From: Stegostoma tigrinum
Lineage: Eukaryota
Assembly: GCF_030684315.1 (NCBI RefSeq)
Contig: NC_081379.1
Span: 42,096,381 to 42,160,380 of the forward strand
Length of the DNA: 64,000 nt
Direction: 5' to 3'
Part shown: piece by piece, positions 13,250-25,177 of the stretch
Layout of the letters: each line of letters begins with the position of its first letter
How positions within the stretch are numbered: position 1 is the stretch's first letter
Made by a program: the position numbers and the translations under genes
Notes under the pieces: generated by a model
What the model was told of the DNA's origin: nothing
Database searches by the model: none
What the model saw: only the letters and a program-made list of their open reading frames with translations

Positions 13250-15460
13250 TCAAGTTTGTCTTGTCTTTGAAACTCATGCTTTCTTGTTTCTCCTCTCAGT
13301 AAAGTGCTAATTGTTTCAGTTTCCCTTCGTGATGTCTGTGCTAACTGGTGGTTTAAATGGTTTCCTCTTCTAAACTTTTGTCCCTTTGCCTATCAAAACA
13401 GCTGTCAGCACAGCTTTCTTCAAAACATTCACTCTTAAGCCTTCTGTTGATGTAAATTTCCGCCCATTCTCCAACATTCCTTTCTTCAAAAGTCCTGGCA
13501 TGTGTTACCATGTAACCTTTGCCCATTACTCCTGAAATTTCTTCTTCTAATCTCTTCACTTCGGTTTCCATATACGTAACACCACTGAAATAGCCCCAGC
13601 CAGAGTCAAGAACAATATTTTTAATGCCTGTGACCGTGGTACCGTTTATAGAACATTACAGCACATTACAGGCCTTTCGGCCCTCGATGTTGTGCCAACC
13701 TGCCATACCAATCTGAAGCTCATCTAACCTACACTATTCCACGTACGTCCATACGCTTGTCCAATGACGACTTAAATGTACTTAAAAGTTGACGAATCTA
13801 CTACCATTGCAGGCAAAGCGTTCCATTCCCTTACTACTCTCTGAGTAAAGACACTACCTCTGACATCTGTCCTATATCTTTCACCCCTCAATTTAAAGCT
13901 ATGCCCCCTCGTGCTCGCCGTCACCGTCCTAGGAAAAAGGCTCTCTCTATCCACCCTATCTAACCCTCTGATTATCTTATATGTTTCAATTAAGTCACCT
14001 CTCAATCTTCGTCTCTCTAATGAAAACAGCCTCAAGTCCCTCAGCCTTTCCTCGTAAGACCTTCCCTCCATACCAGGCAACATGCTGGTAAATCTCCTCT
14101 GCACCCTTTCCAAAGCTTCCACATCCTTCTTATAATGCGGTGACCAGAACTGTACACGATACTTCAAGTGCAGCCGCACCAGAGTTTTGTACAGCTGCAG
14201 CATAACCTCTTGGTTCCAGAACTCGATCCTTCTAGTAATAAAAGCTAAAACACTGTATGCCTTCTTAACAGCCCTGTCAACCTGGGTGGCAACTTTCAAG
14301 GATCTGTGTACATGGACCCCGAGATCTCTCTGCTCACCTCCACTACCAAGAATTTTACCATTAGCCCAGTACTTTGCATTCCGGTTACTCCTACCAAAGT
14401 GCATCACCTCACTCTTGTCCGCCTTAAATTCCGTTTGCCCCATCTCAGCCCAACTCTGCAACTTTTCTTTCCTTCTCTGAAGTCTCTGTCCTGGGCAACC
14501 ACACCAATCAATCTGAAGCTTCTCTTCCATCATCCAGATCAGTGTGTCAGCCTTTGCTTGATTCCACTCTTTCCTCTTTTTCTGCTTGTAGCCAGAGCCA
14601 GAGTCTCTCCTCCTGTCTCTCACTATCACTTTGGAATCCTGCAAGGACCTATCCCTGAGCCCCTTTACTTATTTCTTCTCCTTGATATAATTGTTTCACG
14701 TATGCACTCACGCCATCTACTTGTAATTCCATCGTTTTTCATGAACCTTTCAGTGTCTCTCTTTTCAGACTTCTGATCAAGCATCAGATTGGGAAGAATT
14801 ATAATTTAGGGAAGATTGCAGTGATCAGTTTCAGCCCTTGCCAATAATTCCCAAATTGCTTCTTACTGACTTCATGAAATTCAGCTACTAACCTTCACTT
14901 CCAATTGCATTTCTTTTCTCTCAAACTCTGCCTACTTCAACTTCAACCTCATTCTGAACTCACTCTGTCCAGAGTTTTGATCTTTGACACCTGTCTCAAT
15001 GCTAAATGTCAGCTTCCCATTATCTGTGAAGTACATGTTTATCCAGATCATTGGTACCTAAATCTTGTCTTGCTCCACGTAACCCCATTTGCTGATGTAT
15101 TTTGGCTGTCAGTTCTCTGTTGGGTCAAGTTTTTAATTCTGGCCTCGATGTTCCTTATTCATATTACTTCAATTGATCCCTCAATAGCCAACACCACCAA
15201 ACTGTCTTCTTTCAGTTTTGATTCAGCCTCTTGTCCATTTCCTTCTAACTTTGTTACATTGGTCTCTGCCTTCAGCTGCATAGATTCTCTGCTTTGCTTT
15301 GGAAATTTTTCCCTGTACTTTTTTAAGACATTGCTTGCTTCCCACATCTCTACACAGCCTTTTGGTCCTTGCTCCTTCTAACTCTTCCTTTATCCTGTCT
15401 GCTTTTTCATTGCACTCTGGATGTTTTCTGACATTCAGGAACTGTGTAGAAACAAGTGGT
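13250..15460 (+). mobile_element. Old L2-type LINE fragments, interrupted by a younger CR1 (13648-14461)
   Basis: LA*FHSFL and GILQGPIPEPLYLF (a decayed GVPQGSILGPLLF) at ~14550-14680; L2-like 3' end at ~15410-15460. Confidence 0.55.
13648..14461 (-). mobile_element. Young 5'-truncated CR1/HER1-like LINE
   Basis: Open RT C-terminus (KSEVMHFGRSN, RDLGVHVH, YKTLVRLHLKYRVQFWSPH, RRRLRGDLIETYKI, FTQRVVREWNALP) and CR1 3' tail. Confidence 0.95.
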
Positions 15461-15521
15461 TCAGTTTATAAAACCACAAATAATCCCATAGTTATTCTAA
15501 AATGTTTTCTTGTCTCTTCAG

Positions 15522-15602
15522 ATTCTGGAAGCAGCTGATAAGACTCAGGCTTTAGACATGAAGAAGCACTGCCTCCACATCATTGTACATCATTTCACCA
15601 AG
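15522..15602 (+). CDS. LZTR1: LZTR1 coding exon (81 bp)
   Basis: cttcag|ATT CTG ... ACC AAG|gtaggt; [27 protein letters not shown]. Confidence 0.96.
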
Positions 15603-15951
15603 GTAGGTAGGACTCTGTTTGGCTCAGTGAGAGTCTGTTGTCCTTTTATACCATCGTGGTTGTAGCAGCAAAAGGCCTATCCTTTCAATTCTGGACAGAC
15701 TGCGATCTGCCTGCTTGGATGAAGCTGGAATAGAATGTCACCATGAGTTGAAAAATAATCTGGCAAAAAGCGTGCCACTGCTTTAATTGTTGTGTACTTT
15801 ATCCTAAGTTCATAATATGGCTTTGAGTTTGTCCCCCAACTTCTGCCCTCCTCCTCCCTGCTGTGCTTGTCTGACTGCCAGCCTAGTATCAATTGTTGAA
15901 ACTTCCTGTCTCCACTCACTTCCTGTCTCCACTTCCTATCTAACATGAAGG

Positions 15952-16240
15952 GCTGCATGGTGGCTCAGTGGTCAGCACTGCAGCCTTACAGCGCCAGAGA
16001 CCCGATTCTAGCCACGGGTATGTCTGTGCGGAGTTTGCACATTCTCCCCGTGTCTGCGTGGGTTTCCTCTCACAGTCCAAAGATGTGCAGGTTAGGTGGA
16101 TTGGCCATGCTAAATTGCCTGTAGTGCTCAGGGGTATGTGGGTTATAGGGGGATAAGTTTGGGTGGGATGCTCTAAGGACCAGTGTGCACTTGTTGGGCC
16201 GAAGGGCCTATTTCCACACTGTAGGGAATCTCATCTAATC
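15952..16240 (+). mobile_element. HE1-type SINE with 8-bp TSD
   Basis: GTGGCTCAGTGG head and HE1 body; CATGAAGG at 15944-15951 and 16240-16247. Confidence 0.85.
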
Positions 16241-16250
16241 ATGAAGGATT

Positions 16251-16803
16251 TAAGACCATAAGACAGGAGTGGAAGTAAGACCATTCAGCCCATCGAGTCC
16301 ACTCCGCCATTAAAATCATGGCTGATGGGCATTTCAACTCCACTCCCTTGCACGCTCCCTGTAGCCCTTGATTCCTTTGTGAGATCAAGAATTTATCAAT
16401 CTCTGCCTTGAAGACATTTAACGTCCCGGCCTCCACTGCACTCTGTGGCAGTGAATTCCACACGCCCACCACTCTCTGGCTGAAGAAATGTCTCCTCAAT
16501 TCCGTTTTAAATTTACCCCTCTTATTCTAAGGCTGTGCCCATCGGTCCTAGTCTCCCAGCCTAATGGAAACAACTTCCCAGCATCCACCCTTTCTAAGCC
16601 ATACATTATCTTGTAAGTTTCTATTAGATCTCCCCTCAACCTCCTAAACTCTAATGAGTACAATCCCAGGATCCTTAGCGGTTCATTGTACGTTAAACCT
16701 ACCATTCCAGGGATCATCCGTGTGAATCTCCACTGGACGTGCTCCAGTGCCAGTATGCCCTTCTGAGGTGTGGGGCCCAAAATTGGACACAGTATTCTAA
16801 ATG
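16251..16803 (-). mobile_element. CR1 LINE 3' fragment
   Basis: RRLRGDLIETYKIM, HFFSQRVVGVWNSLP; near-identical to the 3' end of 25233-27280. Confidence 0.93.
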
Positions 16804-16964
16804 GATGAATCTGGAATAGAACAGTATTCTAATTCTAATTCTTTAACTTTCACAGATGTGCATCTGGCACTCATTTCCTTAAATATCTGTAGCTGCTTGG
16901 TTTGAGTCCAACTGTGCCCGATCTCAAACTATCAACACAAGCACCTTCGAGTTCTAGATGTAAG

Positions 16965-17283
16965 AATCATAGTATCCCGCCCACATGGAAAGAGGCTATT
17001 TGGCCCATTGAATCTGCACCAACCCTCCGAAGACCCGGCATCCCACACTATGCCCATAACCCTACAATAATCTTCACATCTCTGGATACAATGGGAAATC
17101 TAGCATGGCCAATCCAATTAACCTGCACATCTTTGGACTGTGAAAGGAAACCAGAGCACCCAAGGACAAACACACAGACACGGGGATAATACGCAAATTC
17201 TGCACACAGTCACCTGAGGCTGGAATTGAACCCAGATCCCTGGAGCTGAGGCAGCAGTGCTAACTACTGAGCCACCATGCCAC
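16965..17283 (-). mobile_element. HE1-type SINE
   Basis: Reverse complement starts GGCATGGTGGCTCAGTAGTTAGCACTGCTGCCTCA...GGGTTCAATTCC. Confidence 0.85.
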
Positions 17284-18819
17284 TTCATGTCGCCCGTATG
17301 TCTTTTCCTCTTCTCCACCCCCATCCTGTTATGCCCACTCGCGCGTGCTCAGGTTCTCTCCTCATGTGCCACAATAAAATCCACACCCTCATTCAGTTCA
17401 GTATGTCTCTAGTATGATTCCTGCCCGATCTCAATCTATCAACGCAAGCACCTTCAAGTTCCAGATGTTAAAATCATAGAATCCTGACTGTGCGGAAAGA
17501 GGCTATTTGGCCCATTGAGTCCGCACCAACTCCTTGAAGAGCATCCCACCCAGCAATCCACCCTGAATGCAGCTACCCAGAATTCTGCGGCTGAATACTT
17601 TTTCACACATTTGTCATCCTCTGTGGTTTTGGTGCCTCTTTTGTATCAACTTTAAAGCTCTTGGAAATAAATCCTTCCCAACTCAGCAGCCCTTGCATGA
17701 GGGAACGATAATTTGAGAGGAGGAATTGGCACTTGGGTTGCGCAAAATGCATTCAAGCCACAGCTTCAAACCAGTCTGGCCGAAGTCAAGTTGCTTCCAT
17801 GTTTTTGTGTAGCTTTTGAGTATGGCTGAGACAGATGAGGTGAAGGCATTTAGTATTAGCAAATATCATTATATATTGGACAAAAAACACAAACATCCAT
17901 AACATTTCCATGTATCAAGCAACAAACATGTCAGGTTATGTTAATCTGACACTGTTTCGGGTCTTGAATCAGTCATTTTTGTCAGCGGCTTTCACAACAC
18001 CTTTGGCACCAAACAAAACTCATCTGTATTTGCCCCTACCAGCAGTCTTGACTTTTATCCCCTCTAATAGATGCGCCTTTATACCAATTCACATGGAGTG
18101 CCCTTTGTTGCGATCTATTCCACTCCAAACTAGGTCTAAATGCAACAGCAAGAAACCACACTTTTCTCCATGTTTACCTTCATGTGCGAAATTCCCCAGT
18201 TTTGTGCCTGGCTCAGGTCAACTGGACACTACTTCTACTCCACCAATTGCTCTGTAATTGTACATTTGCCAGCAGTATCCATTCTTGTTGCCTTTTCTTA
18301 TTTGTCTCTGATCTAACTCCCAAACAGCTCAAGCTGAAATTAAGAATTGACAGTTTGCAGGAGCTTGAGTTCTGTTGCACAGTGATATTACACTCGAGTT
18401 CCTCTCCACTTCCGTTTCCTATTCTCCATAGAGAGAGGTGACATCAAAGATTCTTAATAATGAAAGAGAAATATGCTGCGGTTTACTCCATGTAGTATGA
18501 CAATAATATTAAGATTTGCACCCAAGACAGTGCTTTAAGAAAATGGGCCCAAATATTGAGAGATGAGTATTCCATTGAGCAGTAGAGTTGTCACACTGAC
18601 TGTTCCAGATATAAGGGTAGAGTCAATGAAGGTCTTATTCCACTATCCTGAAATGCTGAAATTGCAATGCACTTATTTAGAATTCAGTTTAACTATATGG
18701 ATTTTTTTAAATTTGAAATTTGTTTGAGAATGCAATAGACATATTTGGTGCAAAAGTCAGCTGTATTCAGCACCAGAGTTTTACAAATTTAACTAGTATT
18801 CTCTTTAGTCATTTGATGG

Positions 18820-19290
18820 TACAGAACTTGAGTATTGCTGAAATAGGCATGTTTTGTTGAAGCACATCAGGATACATTGCAAGGGGATAACCAAAATTAC
18901 TGCTGCATGGGAAGATAGTGCTGATTGGTTGGCAAGTGGATTATCATGTAGGGAGGAATTTCCATGGAAAATGATCTCTTTAACGCTGATTGGTAGTTAA
19001 CAGTCGGGCTGGATTACAATTTTAAATTCGGCTGATAGGTTGGAGCAATGCCGTGAGAAATGAACCAGTGAATTGCTGTCAACTTTTTAAACCATCATTT
19101 GGCATTAATGGGTGCATTCTCATGGCAACAGTGCTACCAATCAGAATCTACTCCCTGCATTCTCCCTTTATAATAATATAAACGATAGTTTTTCTCCTCT
19201 TCAATTTGTGATCCGGTGAAATATGCTGATGGGTTCAAGATGAAAAGATTTGACGAGGCGTATCTTACTTTTAGCAATACCTAAGTATCC
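18820..19290 (+). mobile_element. Old PLE-like fragment with inverted terminal copy and decayed hammerhead
   Basis: cttgagtattgctgaaa (~18827) is the reverse complement of tttagcaatacctaag (~19270); CTGATGG..GATGAAAA at ~19227 resembles a mutated hammerhead core. Confidence 0.45.
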
Positions 19291-20099
19291 ATTGGTCTTA
19301 TCTCTGTTCAGATCAGGACCTCATTGAATCAATTTGATTAAAATTTATAATTTTTCTCCTCATCAGTATCAAATGGTATTGTGACATTTGTATGTTAATG
19401 TGAAACAAAATATTCATTAAAACTAAACACTTCAAGACACAAGTACGTTTTCATAAACATACTATCTGTGAATTTTGAAGGCTTAAATATGTACTTTTTT
19501 AAAAGTTCCTGAAACATTCTGAAGGTGTATACATGACTGACGCAAACCCTTGAATGTTTAAGCCAAAATATTTGATTTTGCAGCATTGTATTTTGCCACA
19601 GGGAAAGATGTATCTTCGATCTCATTAGCATCACTGTTCTGAAATTGATGTATAATCTGATATTGGTGCAATTATTGACTTCCTATTTCAAAGTGAAACA
19701 TATTTTCAACATGTTATTTGTAAATCTCTGTGACTTGCTATGCGATTCTTCAGCAGAAGCATTTCAACTGCAGGATGTACAGCCTGCTCCATCAAAGCAC
19801 ATATGGTTTTAATGAAATGAGGAAAAGAACGTCATGTAATTAAATTGCCCTGTTTTTCGCTCTTTAACTCTGAGGTAAATCAGTGTCTGCTGTCGAATGC
19901 TTCTGCTCAGGTTAAGTGTCTTATGAATTTGGAATAATAACAAAAGGTTATTCAAGAAACCTGAGAGAATATTGAGCACATTGCAGAAAATTTGAGGTTA
20001 GATAACTGGATAGTGAGACCATGTTGAAAGTGTCCTGTTTCACTCTTTTAAAGAAAGAATAAAGTCAGTGAACAATGGAAAATTAACAATATCCAGACT

Positions 20100-21537
20100 T
20101 TTACTGGTCTCAAACCCTTACTGCATCCCTCTAGCCTTGTAAGCTACACACCTATCATCATCCTCCCTTCCTTCTCCAAAGTCCTTGAATCTGTTTGAAA
20201 TGTGTCCCCATCATTTCTGTACGTCATGGGCTGAATTTCCATCTTGGATGTGGGAACATGAGCCAGGTCCATTACTGTGTCCTCGGCCCACTCTGAGACA
20301 CGGCTGTTGGGAGAAGCCATTAATCACCTGCAATTTTGCATCATTTAATTAACACGGAGGCAAGTTCCTTGCACAGTTGTAGGCGATGGGTGCAATCTCA
20401 AAGCTGGACGGCCAATCAGAAGAGTTCCTGGCTGCATATAAAGGTAGTAACTGGGAGGGCACGCCAATGAGAAGGTGCCCAATCAAACACTTTTTAAGGC
20501 ATTCTTGCCTAAAAAATAGGCACAATGTTGCCAGGCCACCGAAATGTAGTAGTCTGTGGATAGACATAGTTTCCACTATACAGGTGGCCTTTGGCTGCAT
20601 CCTCAACCAGCACGTCCGCCACCCTGGCCTGTTCCAATAGCAGCAAGGCTCAAATTCAACCCATGTTTAAATTCCTCTGGTCAAATATCCATCACTTTGC
20701 AATGTTGAAATGGCTGTCATTAATGTCACAAATTGTATCTTTTGTGATTTTTCTCTCTTTGTGATCTGTATGTAGCCTTTGATATCGTTGATCGCAGCAT
20801 CTCCTCCTTTGTCATTCTATCTTTATTGTTATAACTGAAAAATCATCTACAAAGCCTTCTCTACCTGCTCCTACAACATTACCTCTGAAGTCCCCATGGT
20901 ATCTACCTTTGACCACCACCTTTCTCGTCTACGTATTGCCCATTGGTCACATCAGATTCTACATTTATGCTGAGAAATCACAGCTCTACCTTGGTACCAG
21001 CTCACTTGGTATTCAGCCCCTCCATAGCTTCTGATTTCTTATGCTGCTTGTCTGATTCTGGATGTACAAGCATTTCTGATTAAATGTTTGAAGGCCAAAA
21101 CCTGTTTCCTAAGTGAACTCTGTTTGCAAACCACTGACTCCGTCCTACCATCTAACAATTTGAGAGTAAACAATCCTGACATCACAATTTTAAAATTTTC
21201 GTCCGATTTTCAAAACTTATTTCTACTTTCTTTCAAGTCTGCAACCCTTGAGCTTTCTGCACTTTTTCAGTTCTGGCCTCTTGCACAATCCCTATTTTAA
21301 TACTTCCCCCATTACCTCAGTCACCTAGATTCTTAGTTCTAGAACTCCCCCATTCACCTGTCTAATGCTGAAATCATATTAGGGCATTTCATAAAACCTA
21401 CCCCTTTTGAACAAGTTTTCATCATCTGTGCTAATATCTCATGTTGTGCAGTATCAAGTTCCGTTTAACAATAATTCTGTAAAGCACCTTGGGATGTTTT
21501 ATTACTTTAGAAGTGCAATAAAAATTTGAGTTGTTGG
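20100..21537 (+). mobile_element. L2-type LINE fragments
   Basis: IYAEKSQLYL (decayed YADD region) near 20960; L2 3' end gtaaagcaccttgggatgttttattact...gttgttg. Confidence 0.6.
20228..20662. mobile_element. MITE, possibly PIF/Harbinger type, inserted in the L2
   Basis: Terminal inverted repeats CATGGGCTGAATTT (20225) and AAATTCAACCCATG (20652), one mismatch. Confidence 0.6.
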
Positions 21538-22185
21538 CCACAAATATTTACATGAACCTCCTGACACCGATTTCTGATACTGTTCAGTAGTTCATTTTGT
21601 TGTGTTGTAAATAAATATTATGCCTTGTTAAACAAATGCTGTATGTAATAAATTTGAAACAAAAATGACACCAACAAAATACTGTATTGAATCCTTGAGA
21701 AACTTTACAATTGTGTGACTACTCTGCAAAGGCAGCTTTAGAATTGATTTGTATTCCTATCGTGAATATGCATCAAGTAGGAGTTCACGTACCACTATTT
21801 TGTACTGCAGATGACTACACACTGTTTAGCTATACCAAAAGCTATTGGATTCTCTAAGATCTTATTGCATAGTTTTTTCATATTCCTTGCTTTAAAGCTG
21901 TCCTAACAGGAAACAATTTGAGGGATTCACACTAGCCTGTCATTCAACTCTGTGTAAGATTTTCCTCTAAATAATATCAGGTTATCTATACAGTTGTCAT
22001 GATGCCAAACTAGTGAACTGCCCCATTTTCTCATTGTTTCATATGATTCAATAGTGCAAAAGTCTGTCCAAGAATAAATTAGTTAGGAGAAATCATTAAG
22101 ATTTCTTCTGGAAATGTGACCAGGCAAGAATTTTACTCAGGTTTGAATGTTAAGGAAGTTTTCTCCTAAATAAGTACCAAGGGAA

Positions 22186-22365
22186 GAATGGATGCTGTAA
22201 ATCAGAAACAAAGACAGAAATTGCAGGAAAAGCTCAGCAGGTCTGGCTGCATCTGTGAAGAAAAGTCAGTCAACATTTTGGGTCGAGTGACCCTTCCTCA
22301 GAGTCTTCTCTCCATGGATGCTGCCAGACCTGCTGAGCTTTTCCAGCAATTTCTGTTTCTGTTTT
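22186..22365. mobile_element. Fold-back mini-PLE with internal deletion
   Basis: cagaaattgcaggaaaagctcagcaggtctggc / gccagacctgctgagctttttccagcaatttctg inverted arms; minus-strand CUGAGGA-A-GGGUC..GACCC at ~22270-22302. Confidence 0.8.
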
Positions 22366-23730
22366 ATCCGAATTCTGTAGTTGATTATTTGCTGCACAAG
22401 GTCATGATTTCAATTCCTTCATTTTTTTTACGACCAATGGTCCATAATAAACAATCATTAAACAACTGCAAGAATTCTTTACCTAAAAGTAAACTACATC
22501 TTAATGTATGACCGCTTCCCTCCATAGAATACCCATATAGCCTCTGTCTTGGTTTCTTTATATGATATTCTTTCTTGATATTGCTTTCTATAGGTGTTGG
22601 TGAGTGAAAAGTATGCTTGGGGGAAAAAAACTCATCTGCATTGAATTGTCAGACAGTCACCTTTTGATTTTGTAACAAATAGTTTTCTAATAAATGTTCC
22701 AAGGAAAATGCAGAACATCAACCTGAATGACAAAGAGTGATCACAACATTCTGCTCTGACCGCTATTGCTTTTGGAAGGATTGGGAAAAATTGTTTCAAC
22801 CAGATTAATTGCCAACCATTGAGCTTTGACAAACCCTACAAATAATTTCTCCATCCGTTTTGAGGATCCTGTTTACTAATTTCTTTCATACTGTCAGGTT
22901 GAAACAAGAATCTCCAATAAGAACTCAGAAAATTAGCTCAATGACCTGTAAAATGATTGGTTGGTGAAATATATCAGTAATTATTAAGACTAGTGGAAAG
23001 GAAAATGTAATCACGCATCAAAATCTGCAGTGAAGGCGAGACAGACTTGCAGTTGTATTGCTTAAACAGACTTCTGTGGATGCAGTAGTCTAATTCGTCA
23101 CCAAATACTACATTTCTTGCAGTTGTATGACAGTGCAATCCAAGTCTTTGATTCTTTGGTGGACAGATTTTAGGAAAGTCCCCTTAGTTATTACTGTACT
23201 TTGAGAATGAATGAGATAAAAGATAGATTTCTTCACTGAGGGGGTTATTAGTTCCCCTATGGTGGTGTATGTTAGAATTCGAAATTGTATCATTTTATGC
23301 TTCATAAAATCACAATAGCCTTTGTTTCCCTTGCGTCCACCTTTTTGATTTCTCACGAGACCTAATGAGGAGTCAACTTTGATGGGAACATATATGACTG
23401 CTTCCCCACCCCCTTATAAATTTTCGGATACATTGACCTGTTTTATGCCAGACAAGAATTTGTTTAGTTGTTGGAGGATTATCTGAAAAATTTGGCAGAG
23501 GTCCTGAAATCTTCTACTGAACAACTACTTTTTGTTTTACTGTGGTATGTCACATCGATGCATATGTGAGATATAATCCATTGTAGATCATTGTCCCATC
23601 TGTATCTCTTGTATTAGTAATTGAAGAGTGGGTATTTCCTGGTGTTGCTAAAGAATATTTCAGTTTTAATTTTTGCTACGTGCCCCGCTTGTTTTCCAAT
23701 TTCTTAAATTGATTTTTTTCTTCCCTTAAG

Positions 23731-23847
23731 GTCTCCAAGTTGCCCAACCTACGATCCCTAAGTCAAGCACTACTTCTAGACATCATCGAGTCATTAGCCA
23801 ATCATATTTCAGACAAGCAGTGTGCAGAGCTGGGCTCAGATATGTGA
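23731..23847 (+). CDS. LZTR1: LZTR1 terminal coding exon (117 bp including TGA)
   Basis: cttaag|GTC TCC AAG ... GAT ATG TGA; [38 protein letters not shown]. Confidence 0.96.
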   Translation, partial: VSKLPNLRSLSQALLLDIIESLANHISDKQCAELGSDM

Positions 23848-23935
23848 CAATTAATCTTAAACATTAATTCTCAAATTGTTTTAGAAACTTCGCTCTCTTG
23901 TGATTCAGACTTGTAGTATTTATTATAAATATTTA

Positions 23936-24190
23936 AATAAAATTATTTTAAGTAGGACCATTAAGATATTAAGTTCAACAATTTAAAGTTAGTGTTTGAG
24001 TCAGGTCTTTGGCTGGTGATAATGGCTGGATAAGTAAACGAAGTGTTCCACCTTTTTGTTTGCTGGCTCGAACACAATAAAGGTGAAAGTAGCTACTTTT
24101 TTAAGAAAACTAAAATGACATGGAGAAATTATCATCCTTCACTTGTAAGAGGACTTTGACAATTAAGTCATGAAATGTTTTAAAAATAAA
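23936..24190 (+). terminator. Candidate LZTR1 polyadenylation signals
   Basis: AATAAA at 23936, 24076 and 24185 in the AT-rich 3' UTR; the site actually used cannot be determined from sequence. Confidence 0.4.
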
Positions 24191-25177
24191 CCTTTAGCGC
24201 TTGTTAATTTCTGTGCTACAAAGTAATTATTTAGCAATCTTATTTCACTTGCTCATATATATTCTTATATTCTCTCTTTTTCACACCTAAAACTGGCAAA
24301 AAAAAATTCTAAAATTAGAATGAATAAGACTGACATTCCAAGTTGCATTCAAATGTCACAGAGGTATCAGTCTCAAGGCCTGGTAGCTTTGAGTTTCTCT
24401 AGTTCTCTGCTTATTGTCAGGTGATTATCTGAAGATGCAAACAGATTCCAGGATTTTAACTGAAGCACTTCCAGCAATGTCAGCCAGAATGTTACTCGAT
24501 TAATACTGTGCAAGTGGTTTAGTTTAATGGGACCTGATGTCAAAAAAAATGCCACTTGGTTCTCACCAGGCTTCTCGATTGGCAGCCTTTTATACAAAAC
24601 TTGAATGAGCCATGACGTTCATTATCATGACTGTTGTAACAATGTTTACAGGAATTGTATAAAGGTGTGTTCATATGAAATGTGATGACTGGTGTTCTGA
24701 AAGTGTAAAACAAATTGCATGATTTCATTAATTTTACACATGTAAAAATCTGAAAATAGAATCATTAATGCGGATTAGGTTGGAGGTTTCATGTCCTCTT
24801 CTGGCAGCAAATTGCATTGCATCTTGGTCATGTTCAGAAAACTTAATATAAAGCATCACTCTACTGTTAAATATGTAAAAACTTATACAAAGAGGTTTCT
24901 TTATAATCCATCTGTTAGAGCTGAAGCATAATCATTGTCGAAGATCTTAATTTTAAAAAAGTATGCAAATAAACACTTGTACAAACCATTTGTAGCAGAT
25001 TTGGAAAGGTTGTACGGTTCACTTGTTCATTAAGCTGTACCATCTGCATCTGAGGCCAACTAAAATTCCCAAGTTTTAATTCACCAAAAGCAGTCTTCAA
25101 ACAACCTTCTTGTGTTCTTAATTGTCAACCTTGGTGTGGGAATGATTAGATGGTATGCGTGTTGATTATTAAATACA

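Noticed and set aside
13772-14644. 290-aa ORF as a host gene
   Set aside because: It is the CR1 RT C-terminus with a chance in-frame extension into antisense L2 sequence
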